The notes: a model not told the origin generated them from the sequence alone. Counted from the first letter of the stretch, positions 1 through 9,439 are shown. The stretch is 15,868 nt of DNA from an uncultured Thermococci archaeon (GCA_964487115.1 CAZAPD010000106.1:1-15868); one strand, 5' to 3'. Made by a program: numbers and translations.

Positions 1-1
1 G

Positions 2-112
2 GGCAACCTTGACATCTCCCACACCAAGAACGAGCACATCGACGTAAGGGATGTGGTTACGGCAAGTGAGTTTTTGAAGGCTCTCAACGAGATATATGGG
101 AAGAGCGGGTGA
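2..112 (+). CDS. 3' end of an M20/DapE/ArgE-family metallohydrolase (partial, runs off the window start)
   Basis: The frame from position 2 reads GNLDISHTKNEHIDVRDVVTASEFLKALNEIYGKSG*. This matches the C-terminal G-x4-H-x2-NE metal-binding motif and final helix of M20 peptidases and deacylases. Confidence 0.7.
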   Translation, partial: GNLDISHTKNEHIDVRDVVTASEFLKALNEIYGKSG

Positions 113-136
113 ACTCCGTCACCTTTTTAAGGAAGA

Positions 137-242
137 CCCCCACCAGTTACTGGTGGGGGGGTTAAGGGTACCAAAAACCCCGGAAAGTGGAACCCTTTCT
201 TGCATGGAACCGGGGGTTTTGGGGGCCCGCCGTTGGTATCCC
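137..242. repeat. GC-rich inverted repeats (two hairpins) in the intergenic region
   Basis: CCCCCACCAGT (137-147) and ACTGGTGGGGG (149-159) form a perfect inverted repeat. CCAAAAACCCCGG (171-183) pairs with CCGGGGGTTTTGG (210-222) at 12 of 13 positions. GGGTACCAA (166-174) can also pair with TTGGTATCCC (233-242) with one bulge. Confidence 0.7.
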
Positions 243-247
243 GCATT

Positions 248-262
248 CGAAAACTTTATTTC
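248..262 (+). promoter_or_regulatory. BRE-TATA promoter of the 314-1380 gene
   Basis: CGAAAAC followed by TTTATTTC lies about 55 nt upstream of ATG 314. A near-palindrome AGGGAATG/CATTCTCT (281-296) sits at the expected start site. Confidence 0.5.
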
Positions 263-313
263 TCTTGAGGCCGAGGAATTAGGGAATGCATTCTCTCTTA
301 CGGGGGCGGGGAG

Positions 314-1380
314 ATGATCCTCAGGCACAGAAAAAGGAAGGGATACATCATAGAGAAGGGATTCCTCGGGCGGGAGAAGAAGGTAGAGAAGGATTACTTA
401 TACGAGCACCACGCGGGAGTGGCGCCGCTCGCAGATCATGTGAGCGGAGAGAAACACGGTGTGGGCTCCACACACACTGGAAGGGAGGTATACACTACGC
501 TAACGTCGCGGAATCCCACTACGACGCCCTGTATGCGCTTGGAAAAGAAATAATAAAGACCGTAACGAAATACCACGATCCCGAAGGAACCATGTTGTAC
601 TTACTGCACAGCTTCGGAAGGGAAGATGACAGCATATATATAAAAAATACCCGTCCGGACGATCCGAATCTCGAGGGTCGCAAACCACATATAATCGTAT
701 ACCACAAGCCGTACGAAGAGTTCTACTCAAAGCACAGGGAAGAATTCGTAAGAAGAGCCACAGATACGGTGGAAAGAATACTGGGAAGGAAGCTCACCTC
801 AGATGAGAGGCGTAAGCTCGAAAGGGCTTTTGAACTGGCAGTGGAATACGGCAAAAGATTCCACGACATTTACAGGGGAGTGGGGGAAGACGTCTACGAC
901 AGGACAGCAACGGCCGCAAAGGTATATCGGACAGAGGGGTACAGATCCGTTGAGCATGCAGAGAAAACGCTCGGGATAGACTTCTTGGAAAAGGTCGGGG
1001 ATATTATCCTGGAAATAAACCACATCATCCCGGGAATTACAAAGCCAGAAGAGATATACGGAGACCGCTGGTACGAGTTCCTCAAGAAGAAGGGGATTGA
1101 TCCCAAGACGCTGGAGCCGGTCAGCGGGGATAACCAGCGAAAAGGGCCGGCCGATGGTGGAAAAAGCGCCCTTCCTCCAGAGGTCCTCGCCATAGCCAAG
1201 GGCCTCGAGTTCTCGGACTTCTCGGAGAATGTCATGAAGAAGGCCGAGGAGGAACTGCTGAAGCTCATAGATGAACTTTTGGAGAATGAAGCCAACGCCC
1301 TCCAGCTCTTCCACGCGGTCAGGCTCCTCAGGCTCGTGCAGAAGAGAGATAGGAACGGAATCAAAAAGTTCGGAGGCTGA
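314..1380 (+). pseudogene. Frameshifted hypothetical protein (about 355 aa if restored)
   Basis: ATG 314 has a purine-rich RBS (GGGGAG) and a protein-like N-terminus (MILRHRKRKGYIIEKGFLGREKKVEKDYLYEHH...). The 286-1380 frame only looks protein-like from about LHTHWKGGIHY onward. Adding 1 nt in the G run (463-465) or removing one CA unit from (CA)4C (469-477) joins the two frames. Confidence 0.65.
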
Positions 1381-1422
1381 AAGCTCAGGGTGCTGGAATT
1401 TAATTTAACTCTCAGGTTTGCT

Positions 1423-4200
1423 TCACGACTCTTCCTCGGCATCTTCGTCCTTCTTCCTATCCATCCAGAACCTCCTCGTCCTTATGAATTCCCTTTCCCG
1501 CTCCATGAGTGCAACAAGCAGAGCCTCACCTCTGTACTGGCTCAAAAGTCTTGCCGCTGTATCCGGCCCCGTCCCATAGCTCGCTAAAGCCAAAACTGCA
1601 TCGAAGCCGTAGCTCTGAACCAGATCTGCCGCCTTTATTAGCTTCCTATAAGCACGCTCTTCATATGGTTCGAGTTTTTCTCCCCGTTTTACCTTCCTTA
1701 GGGATTTAATAAACTCCTCCGCATCAATTGGATGGGCAACTGCGATCATTATAGAACCGCACTTGGGACACTCAAGGAATTTCAGCCTGTCTTTTAAGCG
1801 GTTAACCTTCGTCCTGCTCTTCCAGCCGCAGTTTGTGCAGAGCACGACGACCTCAGTAGCCATAATGCGTTTTCTGAAGAGCTCAAGAATTTCATCCCTC
1901 TCAAGCTCCCCTCCAATCAGAAACTCACCTCCAATGCTCATGTTTATTCTGGCAAGTTTTGATGGCTCTTTTCTCAGAATGGACTTTACACGCAGAAATC
2001 CGTTCTTGATTTCCCTGAGAACATACTCTGCACCGCCTGCATCAAGCTTATCATGGAAGAGCTCATTCAGGGTTTCTTTCTCCACGATTGTCCCTTCAAA
2101 GAGCCTTTCTATACGTCTGATCCTTGAATCCCGCCTGAGTGCACCGAACCGCTGTGCAACGTTCCTCATCCTCCATTTATAGATGGTGCTCTCTCTCATG
2201 GCTTTTACAAGTATGAACTTCATCGCTTTTGGTTCCTGAAGGAGATAACCTTTAACTTCCTCTGGGTTCAGATGAAAGGGGGTTTTAATTACAACGGCAT
2301 GTGCCTGGCTCCTTATGGTGAAGACATTTCCATAGCGCATTCTTAAGAAGGAATGGACGAACCTCCCGAGGGCTTCATTCGTCCTGTTGCCAAAGTCACT
2401 GTGGATTACCAACGCTTTTGGCGTGCTCTCAACAATTATATCCCTGTCTGTGGAGAAGGGTTCGTTTTTGATTTCCTCTAAGGCTCTTTTGAGTTCTTCT
2501 TCTCTGAATTCGACACCTTTCAGGATGTCAACAGCCTTCTTGAAGTCATAAGAAAGCTCCCTCTTCAGCCTTCCAACCTCCACGGCCACTGCGAGAGGAA
2601 CGGGTATCATCTCTCCCTCCCAGCTCGGGATGGCGCTTTCAAGGCTTTTGCTCTCGCGAACTTTGAGAAGTCTTGCTTCCTCGTCGATCTTAAGCACAAT
2701 CCAACTTCGACCGTGCATCACAAACTCCATACCTTCTTCAAGCTCCATAACAAATTTCTCGTCGAGACGGCCAATTATATGCGCATTTTTGGTGTCAAAA
2801 ACTCTGTAGGAAATTTCATCCGGAATCGTCGAGAGGTTCTCGTAGTAGTATTGATAAGCTCCCCTCCTCAAATAGAGCATCTCTTTATGCTCATCGTAGC
2901 CAATCAGCCTTGCATCCATCAGAAGCTTGAGGACAGCCCCGTAATCCTGCCAGTTCAGATTTCTGTAGGGATACGCCCTTCTGGCGATTTCAAAGGGCTT
3001 CTCCTTTGGAAGCCTCCTTTTTTCAATTAAAAGCCCGACAATAAAATGGGCGAGAACATCGAGAGCATTTTCATATGGCTCAATGGGCTCCAGCCTGCCT
3101 TCAAGCGCGTGCTTTGATATCACGAGGCTCTGGAGATAGTCCTCAACATTCGCAGCTAAGATGTAACCCTCGCTCACCTCACCAAGCCTGTGTTTTCCTC
3201 TTCCTATCCTCTGGATAAGTCTGTTTACCTGCCTTGGACTCATGTATTGAATCACAACATCGACGTCACCAATGTCTATGCCGAGCTCCATCGAAGAGGT
3301 GCAGACTAACGCCTTTATTTTTCCCTCTTTTAAGGCTTTTTCAGCCTTAAGCCGGGCTTCTTTCGAAAGAGAACCGTGGTGGACTTCCACTGGTTTCCCC
3401 CATGCCTTCAGCCTGTGGGCCAGGATCTCAGCGAACTGCCTTGTGTTAGTAAAGATGAGCGCTTTTCCATGCTTCTCAACAATCTCCCAAAGAATCCTGA
3501 GTCTTGCCGTGACGTCTTGTGGAAGGCTGAGCTTCTGAGCGAGCTTAGAGTCCCCTTCATCAGGCTGAGGATAAAGAACATGAATGCGGTATTCCTTCTT
3601 CCATCCGGGTTTTACTATGGTATCTGCCCCCAGCCACTGCTTTATCTCCTCTTCATTTCCGAGGGTGGCTGTCATTCCGATTCTCTGGAAATCCGCAATC
3701 TCTGCAAGCCTTTCAAGAGACAGAGTAAGCTGGGCACCGCGTTTGTTGTCGGCCAGCTCGGCAATCTCATCGATAATAACGAACTTTAAATTGCTCAGGG
3801 CTTTTCTAAATGACCTCATTGTGAGAAGTATCCCCAGGGTTTCGGGTGTTATTATTAACATATGAGGAGGATTTTTTACCTGCTTTGCTTTCCTGTATGC
3901 GGAGGTATCACCATGCCTCACCTCAACATTCAGACCGAGCTTTTCTCCCCACCAGAGGAGTCTGTCGAGTAAATCCCTGTTGAGAGCCTTGAGCGGAGCT
4001 ATATATAGGGCTACAACTGGCTTGAGAGCGTTCTCAAGGATTGTATTGAAAACCGGTAGGACAGCCGCTTCCGTCTTTCCTGAGCCTGTGGGAGCTATAA
4101 TCAGGACACTCTTCCCAGAGCTAATCTCACGGAAAGCTCTCTGCTGAAGTTCGTTGAGTTTGAACCTCTCTTTTATTGTCTTTTTCAAAATTGGATGCAT
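1423..4200 (-). CDS. lhr: Lhr-family SF2 ATP-dependent helicase with a C-terminal Cys-rich Zn-binding motif (probably aLhr1 type)
   Basis: Walker A APTGSGKT, YIAPLKALNRD, RHGDT, TPETL, HHGSLS, TSSMELGIDIG, QRIGR, LDVLAH and STIPD motifs are present. The C-terminus has CTNC...CPKC. Length is 925 aa. Confidence 0.92.
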   Translation of the reverse strand: MHPILKKTIKERFKLNELQQRAFREISSGKSVLIIAPTGSGKTEAAVLPVFNTILENALKPVVALYIAPLKALNRDLLDRLLWWGEKLGLNVEVRHGDTSAYRKAKQVKNPPHMLIITPETLGILLTMRSFRKALSNLKFVIIDEIAELADNKRGAQLTLSLERLAEIADFQRIGMTATLGNEEEIKQWLGADTIVKPGWKKEYRIHVLYPQPDEGDSKLAQKLSLPQDVTARLRILWEIVEKHGKALIFTNTRQFAEILAHRLKAWGKPVEVHHGSLSKEARLKAEKALKEGKIKALVCTSSMELGIDIGDVDVVIQYMSPRQVNRLIQRIGRGKHRLGEVSEGYILAANVEDYLQSLVISKHALEGRLEPIEPYENALDVLAHFIVGLLIEKRRLPKEKPFEIARRAYPYRNLNWQDYGAVLKLLMDARLIGYDEHKEMLYLRRGAYQYYYENLSTIPDEISYRVFDTKNAHIIGRLDEKFVMELEEGMEFVMHGRSWIVLKIDEEARLLKVRESKSLESAIPSWEGEMIPVPLAVAVEVGRLKRELSYDFKKAVDILKGVEFREEELKRALEEIKNEPFSTDRDIIVESTPKALVIHSDFGNRTNEALGRFVHSFLRMRYGNVFTIRSQAHAVVIKTPFHLNPEEVKGYLLQEPKAMKFILVKAMRESTIYKWRMRNVAQRFGALRRDSRIRRIERLFEGTIVEKETLNELFHDKLDAGGAEYVLREIKNGFLRVKSILRKEPSKLARINMSIGGEFLIGGELERDEILELFRKRIMATEVVVLCTNCGWKSRTKVNRLKDRLKFLECPKCGSIMIAVAHPIDAEEFIKSLRKVKRGEKLEPYEERAYRKLIKAADLVQSYGFDAVLALASYGTGPDTAARLLSQYRGEALLVALMEREREFIRTRRFWMDRKKDEDAEEES

Positions 4201-4221
4201 GGTGATAGATGGGTTTCAATC

Positions 4222-4229
4222 TTTATAAA
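4222..4229 (-). promoter_or_regulatory. TATA box of lhr (probably leaderless mRNA)
   Basis: Minus-strand TTTATAAA lies 22-29 nt upstream of ATG 4200, with no Shine-Dalgarno sequence in between. Confidence 0.55.
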
Positions 4230-4408
4230 CCTGCATATAGTTCGACCTCCTTCCCCTTTGGGATTTTGTTGAACCAGCCCGGAGTTCGCCCTTCTTGCTG
4301 AGGACGAAGAATGAGCGCTATATTCCAGATTACTGCTGTGACCTGGATCGGGGTCGTTCCCCCTTTAATCAAGAGTTTCATAGCTCCGGTTACTGCAACT
4401 CCTAACCC
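4223..4408 (-). pseudogene. Possible degenerate membrane-protein (EamA/DMT-like) remnant
   Basis: The minus frame reads GLGVAVTGAMKLLIKGGTTPIQVTAVIWNIALI, and a 1-nt shift continues FVLSKKGELRAG. This resembles the N-terminal helices of EamA transporters, but the similarity was judged by eye only. Confidence 0.3.
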
Positions 4409-4572
4409 CCTGATTCGTCTGTACTTTTGGGTATGGTTTTGTTTTCCTTCATTCTGGGTCTGACGGGGGGTGGTGTTGCCGAAGGGCTCCTGGAGATGAT
4501 GCTCAGACAGTATCGATTCTTGAACCGTTAAACTTATAAACTATATATCTATCGATATGTCTGGTGATAGCA

Positions 4573-6033
4573 ATGGAGGAGTATGACCTTAAATATGCAA
4601 GGAAAGCCATGCTCGTTGTGGTCGTCCTGCCTTTACTCGTCATGTACACGGAGGCGATGCTAACTCCAGCGTTACCGACAATTCAGAGGGAATTCGGCAT
4701 AAATCCCAACGACGTTAGCTGGATTCTCACAATCTACCTGCTTGTCGGAACGGTTAGTGCTGCAATAATGGGAAAACTCGGCGACATGTATGGCAAGAAA
4801 AAGATGTTTTTAGTCGCCCTCGGCTTCTACACCATCGGCGTTATTCTAAACGGATTTGCCCAGAGTTATCAGTGGCTTTTAGTTTCGCGGGGGATACAGG
4901 GCGTTGGAATGGCGATATTCCCGCTCGCCTTCAGCCTCGTCCGTGAAGAGTTCCCTCCGGAGATGGTGCCCCAAGTTCAGGGAATGATCAGTGCGATGTT
5001 TGGGGTGGGTATGGTTATAGCCCTTCCGCTTGGAGCATATGTGACTCAGCACTGGGGCTGGCGCTGGACTTACCATTCAGCCGCACCTTTTGCAGTGCTG
5101 ATGTTCCTCATAGCTTGGAAGGTTCTTAAGGAAAGTAGATACGTTAATCCCGGAAAACTTGACTGGCTCGGCACTCTGTTCCTCATTGTGGCCGTCGTTC
5201 CGGCGTTGGTGGCTGTAACGAGGGCACCAAATGTTGGATGGAGATCAAGGGAGACCCTTGTGTTATTTGGAGTGGCAGTCATCGGCATGATTTTGCTCAT
5301 TCTCTGGGAGAGAAAAGCTGAGAATCCATTAATTCCGCTTGATATAATCTCTGCCAGAAACCCTGCAATAGTGAACTTAGGAATAATGTTTGCTGCTTTT
5401 GGCATCTCCATGATGAGTCAGGCAAACACTTACATCTTCCAGATGAAGCCTCCCTATGGCTTTGGCAAAACAATACTCCAGAGTGGCCTTTTAATGACTC
5501 CTATGGCCGCGGTAATGCTCATAATTGCGCCTCTTGCTGGAAAGCTCATGCCAAAAATCGGGGCAAAACCTCTCGCAGTAACAGGAGCACTTGTTGCGAG
5601 TAGCGGTCTCGCATTTCTTTCAAAATATGCCACCCAGCTTTCGCTCTGGCAATTTGTGGGCATGATAACCTTCATAGGTACAGGAATAACGCTCATGAAC
5701 ATCTCCCTGATCAACGTGCTGGTCTTTTCAGTTCCGCCGAGGGTTATGGGAGTTGCAACAGGAGCAAACAGCCTCTTCAGAAACTTTGGTTCAACATGGG
5801 GACCGGCAATAGCAGGTACAGTCATGAGCACATACTACACCCTGCTTCACATACCGGGAGTCCCAATGGCGATAAAAATTCCAACTTCGAAGGCATATGA
5901 AGTGCTCTTTGGGGCTTCAGCAGGAATATACCTTTTCCTCGCTCTGCTGAGCCTTGCCATAGTCGAGGTAATGAAAGGCGGTAAAATAAGGGAAGTAGAA
6001 AATGGGGGAGAAAAGGAAATCATTCTCAGCTGA
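4573..6033 (+). CDS. MFS transporter, DHA2 (EmrB/QacA-like) drug efflux type
   Basis: It has about 14 hydrophobic segments, motif A (GKLGDMYGKK), ALPTIQREF, SRGIQGVG and GWRW. The RBS GGTGAT precedes ATG 4573, with GTG 4564 as an alternative start. Confidence 0.9.
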   Translation: MEEYDLKYARKAMLVVVVLPLLVMYTEAMLTPALPTIQREFGINPNDVSWILTIYLLVGTVSAAIMGKLGDMYGKKKMFLVALGFYTIGVILNGFAQSYQWLLVSRGIQGVGMAIFPLAFSLVREEFPPEMVPQVQGMISAMFGVGMVIALPLGAYVTQHWGWRWTYHSAAPFAVLMFLIAWKVLKESRYVNPGKLDWLGTLFLIVAVVPALVAVTRAPNVGWRSRETLVLFGVAVIGMILLILWERKAENPLIPLDIISARNPAIVNLGIMFAAFGISMMSQANTYIFQMKPPYGFGKTILQSGLLMTPMAAVMLIIAPLAGKLMPKIGAKPLAVTGALVASSGLAFLSKYATQLSLWQFVGMITFIGTGITLMNISLINVLVFSVPPRVMGVATGANSLFRNFGSTWGPAIAGTVMSTYYTLLHIPGVPMAIKIPTSKAYEVLFGASAGIYLFLALLSLAIVEVMKGGKIREVENGGEKEIILS

Positions 6034-6039
6034 TTTCCT

Positions 6040-7179
6040 TTATTTCCCTTTATATGCCTCCAGATACAGCTCCTTTATCTCATCTACTGTTGGTTCTACA
6101 GGATTAAAGTTTATCAGTGGGTCGTGGTAGGCTTTTTTGCTCATTTCATCGAGCTTTGCAAGGAATTTCTTTTCATCCACAATCTCATTCAATGCCGGGA
6201 CTCCTAACATCTCATTGAGCTCTCTGACTTTTTCAAGGAGTTCTTTTTCATCCTTCATTCCAAGCTCTTTGGCCAGCTTTCTGTAACGAAATCTTGCTTT
6301 TTCTTCCCTCATATTGAATTCCATAACGTAGGGATGGAGAATAGCATTCAACAGGCCATGGGGAGCCATCCAAGCTCCTTTGTGGCTCATGGCATGGCAG
6401 AGACCCAAGCGACCGTTGAGGAAGGCTATCCCTGCCATTGTAGCGGCATAGTGCATATTTTCCCTTGCCTTCTCATTTCCTTCAACAGATTCAGGGAGCC
6501 AGCTGAACACAGCTTCAGCAGCTTTAACAGCCATAGCATCGCTGAGAGGAGTTGCCGCTTTGCTAACATATGACTCTATCGCATGGACGAGAACATCAAG
6601 GCCTGAGTTCCTTGCGACTTCAGCCGGCATTGTCACCGGAAGGCGTGGGTCAAGAACCGCAAAATTTGGGGCTATCTCAAAGGAAACTATGTTGTATTTT
6701 ACCCCATCTCTTTTGAGGACACTTGCTCCTGAGACCTCACTTCCTGCTCCGCTTGTTGAAGGAATTGCTACGAGATGTGTTTTCAGCCTTGGAATTGGCT
6801 TTGGTTTCTGAAAGCGGGAGAAGAATGCTATTTCATCGAAAGCTGTCCCGGGTGCATCATAGAAAACCTTAACTGCCTTTGCGACATCTATAACGCTCCC
6901 TCCACCGATAGCGGCTATGAGCTCAGGTTGAAATTCTCTCGCTCTTGGGAGGATTTCCTCAACATACTCGTATGAAGGCTCTGCTGAAATCCCTGCTATG
7001 CTCTCCACCTCTGCTCCTGCCTCGCTTATGTAATCCTCAGCCTCCTTCAGAAAGCCTTCTCGTGCCATAGACCTTGATACAAGGAGCAGAACTCTGTCAT
7101 AGCTGCTTACAATCTTCTTGAGCCTGCTCAGACTGCCCTCGCCCAGAATTACCTGAGTTTTCAAACCGAAAATCTGCAT
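6040..7179 (-). CDS. Iron-containing (type III) alcohol dehydrogenase
   Basis: Motifs GGGSVIDVAK, IPSTSGAGSEV, GLDVLVHAIESY, LGLCHAMSH and PHG (Fe ligands) are present. The RBS GGTGAT precedes ATG 7179, with GTG 7188 and ATG 7185 as alternatives. Confidence 0.92.
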   Translation of the reverse strand: MQIFGLKTQVILGEGSLSRLKKIVSSYDRVLLLVSRSMAREGFLKEAEDYISEAGAEVESIAGISAEPSYEYVEEILPRAREFQPELIAAIGGGSVIDVAKAVKVFYDAPGTAFDEIAFFSRFQKPKPIPRLKTHLVAIPSTSGAGSEVSGASVLKRDGVKYNIVSFEIAPNFAVLDPRLPVTMPAEVARNSGLDVLVHAIESYVSKAATPLSDAMAVKAAEAVFSWLPESVEGNEKARENMHYAATMAGIAFLNGRLGLCHAMSHKGAWMAPHGLLNAILHPYVMEFNMREEKARFRYRKLAKELGMKDEKELLEKVRELNEMLGVPALNEIVDEKKFLAKLDEMSKKAYHDPLINFNPVEPTVDEIKELYLEAYKGK

Positions 7180-7220
7180 GAACATCACCCGAATAAAGAA
7201 AGATATTGAAGAATTAAAGT

Positions 7221-8297
7221 TTATCCTTTGTTTTGGCTTTCGTTAAACATTTTCTTCAAATTTCTTTTGAAAGGTGGCCAGATAACGCCCCTGTCGGTTA
7301 TTATGCCCGTGAGGTACCTGTGGGGTGTCACGTCGAAGGCTGGGTTGTAGACGTCAACGTCGGGGGCAATCCTGCACCCCCCACAGGTCAAAACTTCCTC
7401 CGGCTTCCTCTCCTCGATGGGTATCTCCTCTCCGCTCTTCAGGCTCATATCAATTGTCGAGAGCGGTGCGACGGTGAAGAAGGGAATCCCGTGCTCCTTC
7501 GCGAGGATTGCTAAGGTGTATGTCCCTATCTTGTTGGCGAAGTCACCATTGGCCACTATTCTGTCGGCACCGACTATTATTGCATCAACCTTTCCCTGCT
7601 TCATCACGAAGCCGGCCATGTTGTCGGTTATCAGCTTGAGTGGAATCCCGTCATAGTGGTACTCCCACGCGGAAAGCCTCGCGCCCTGCAGAACCGGCCT
7701 CGTCTCATCCACCCAGAGGAGTTTGAGCATTTTCTCCCTATTCATGACGCGCAGAACCGCTCCAACCGTTCCGAGATGAACTGTTGCCAAACTTCCAGCG
7801 TTACAGTGAGTGAGAACGTTTCCCTCTGGCAGAACCTCTGCACCGTAGTGTCCCATTCTGAGGTTCGCCTCAACGTCCTCGTCCGCTATCTTTTGAGCTT
7901 CCTCAACTATGAGACGTCTTATCCCCTCCAGTGAGCTTTCGAGGTTCTCCTCCACCAGCTTCTTAATTCTGTTTAGAGCCCAGAAGAGGTTCACAGCGGT
8001 TGGCCTTGTGTTCTTCAGCTTATCGTAGGTTGAGTAAAAGCCGTCTATGAACTGATCCTTTGTTCTGGCTTTCGTTGTATCGGCATAAAGAGCCAGACCG
8101 AACGCGGCAGTTGCACCTATTGCTGGAGCACCGCGCACCTTCATAGTGATTATCGCCTCGACAATTTCACCAACGGTTCCCAGCTCGATCGTCCTGAACT
8201 CTCCCGGCAGAAGGGTCTGGTCTATCATGATGACCTTTCCTCTCTCATAACTCACGCTTCTCGGAAGTCTTGTGAGTGCATCTGGTTTGTACTTCAT
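7221..8297 (-). CDS. mtnA: S-methyl-5-thioribose-1-phosphate isomerase (eIF-2B alpha-like family)
   Basis: Motifs IDQTLLP, VRGAPAIG, RPTAVNL, THCNAGSLAT, DETRPVLQGARL, GADRI, NKIGTY and NPAFDVTP are present. The start was moved to ATG 8297 (RBS GGTGGTG) because the longer ORF overlaps the divergent gene. Confidence 0.9.
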   Translation of the reverse strand: MKYKPDALTRLPRSVSYERGKVIMIDQTLLPGEFRTIELGTVGEIVEAIITMKVRGAPAIGATAAFGLALYADTTKARTKDQFIDGFYSTYDKLKNTRPTAVNLFWALNRIKKLVEENLESSLEGIRRLIVEEAQKIADEDVEANLRMGHYGAEVLPEGNVLTHCNAGSLATVHLGTVGAVLRVMNREKMLKLLWVDETRPVLQGARLSAWEYHYDGIPLKLITDNMAGFVMKQGKVDAIIVGADRIVANGDFANKIGTYTLAILAKEHGIPFFTVAPLSTIDMSLKSGEEIPIEERKPEEVLTCGGCRIAPDVDVYNPAFDVTPHRYLTGIITDRGVIWPPFKRNLKKMFNESQNKG

Positions 8298-8358
8298 CAG
8301 CACCACCCTAAAAGCTTTATCTTCAGAGTTTAAAAATTCAGTTGGTGGTTCTGTGAGT

Positions 8359-8883
8359 ATGAGAATATTCATTACGGGAAAGCCAGGGGTAGGAAAAACG
8401 ACACTCATTCTTGCGGTAGTTAATGAGCTGAAAGAGAGAGGTTATAGTGTTGGGGGTATAATTACCAAGGAGATTAGAGAGAAGGGAAAACGGGTGGGAT
8501 TTATGATCAGGGCCCTGGACACGGGGGAGGAGGGCATTTTAGCCATGGTTGGAGATGGATACCCTCGAATTGGCAGGTATGCCGTTAATATCCCTGATTT
8601 GGAGAGGATTGGGGTCGGTGCAATCAAACGAGCGGTGAGAAATGCACAGATAATTGTTATCGATGAGATAGGATCTATGGAATTCAAAAGCAGGGAGTTC
8701 AAGAGAGCAGTTGAAGAAGCCATAGACAGTGGAAAACCTCTGTTGGCAGTTGTACACAGAAGATACGTGGATAAGTTCAGGAAGTTTGGCGGGATTTATA
8801 CGCTGAACTATTCAAATCGGGAACAGATGATGAAGGAAGTCCTAAAGTTTCTTTTAAAAAGCATTGAGAGAGACACCTATTGA
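8359..8883 (+). CDS. Nucleoside-triphosphatase, THEP1/NTPase_1 family
   Basis: It has the Walker A motif MRIFITGKPGVGKTT, plus GGIITKEIRE-GKRVGF and Walker B IVIDEIG-ME. The start is ATG 8359 or GTG 8353 (RBS GGTGG). Confidence 0.9.
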   Translation: MRIFITGKPGVGKTTLILAVVNELKERGYSVGGIITKEIREKGKRVGFMIRALDTGEEGILAMVGDGYPRIGRYAVNIPDLERIGVGAIKRAVRNAQIIVIDEIGSMEFKSREFKRAVEEAIDSGKPLLAVVHRRYVDKFRKFGGIYTLNYSNREQMMKEVLKFLLKSIERDTY

Positions 8884-8905
8884 TGATAAAAAAGCAGAAA
8901 TGCAA

Positions 8906-9439
8906 TTACTGTCCTCTTATAAGGTCTTTACAACTTTCGCAGACCCAGATTTCATTGCCTTCATGTATGACTTTGTATAACGCTCCATACTGTCCGCATA
9001 ACTCACAGATCCCATAGACTTCTGTTTCAGGCTCCTCTTCGGTTTCTTCGGTGTTATAAGTGTTGAGGGCTGTCAAGAGATCTGCTGCGGTTACAAATCC
9101 AATGGGCTTTCCGAGTCTTGTAACCAGAAGCCTTCTTATTCCTTTATCCATCATTTTATCGATGGCATCTTGTACATCATAGTCATCCTCAATGGTTATT
9201 GGATTTTTGGTCATAACCTCAGAAACCTTGACAGTTTTTGGGTCTCTTTCCCTTGCAACAACCTTATTGAGTATGTCTCTATCTGTGATTATGCCAACAA
9301 TTTCATCATCCTCAACAACTACTGCACTACCAACCTTATTCTTCGCTAAAATCCTGGCTGCTTTATAGATAGTATCGTCAGGATGCACAATTACGGCCTT
9401 TCTCTTTACCACTTGTCCCACAGCTACCCTTGGAGCCAT
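8906..9439 (-). CDS. CBS-pair protein with a C-terminal Zn ribbon
   Basis: It has tandem CBS repeats (VGIITDRDI, VSEVMT, GIRRLLV, GFVTAADLL), an acidic linker and CELC...CESC. The RBS GGAGGTG precedes ATG 9439. Confidence 0.88.
   Translation of the reverse strand: MAPRVAVGQVVKRKAVIVHPDDTIYKAARILAKNKVGSAVVVEDDEIVGIITDRDILNKVVARERDPKTVKVSEVMTKNPITIEDDYDVQDAIDKMMDKGIRRLLVTRLGKPIGFVTAADLLTALNTYNTEETEEEPETEVYGICELCGQYGALYKVIHEGNEIWVCESCKDLIRGQ

Noticed and set aside
286..460. ATG 286 as the start of a 364-aa protein
   Set aside because: The first 60 or so codons are Arg/Gly-rich and look off-frame. ATG 314 has an RBS and a more protein-like sequence.
4458..4509. Box C/D or H/ACA guide RNA (GTCTGA...TCAGAC stem, CTGA, ATGATG, ACA)
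   Set aside because: The boxes are in the wrong order for C/D, box C is imperfect, and I could not build a convincing pseudouridylation pocket or K-turn.
7221..8297. Ribose-1,5-bisphosphate isomerase or a true eIF-2B subunit
   Set aside because: The N-terminal DQTLLP region and the HCNAGSLAT and ETRPVLQGARL motifs are characteristic of the MtnA branch.
8272..8408. Overlapping 5' extensions of mtnA and the NTPase
   Set aside because: These arise from longest-ORF calling. RBS-supported starts at 8297 and 8353/8359 leave a short divergent promoter.
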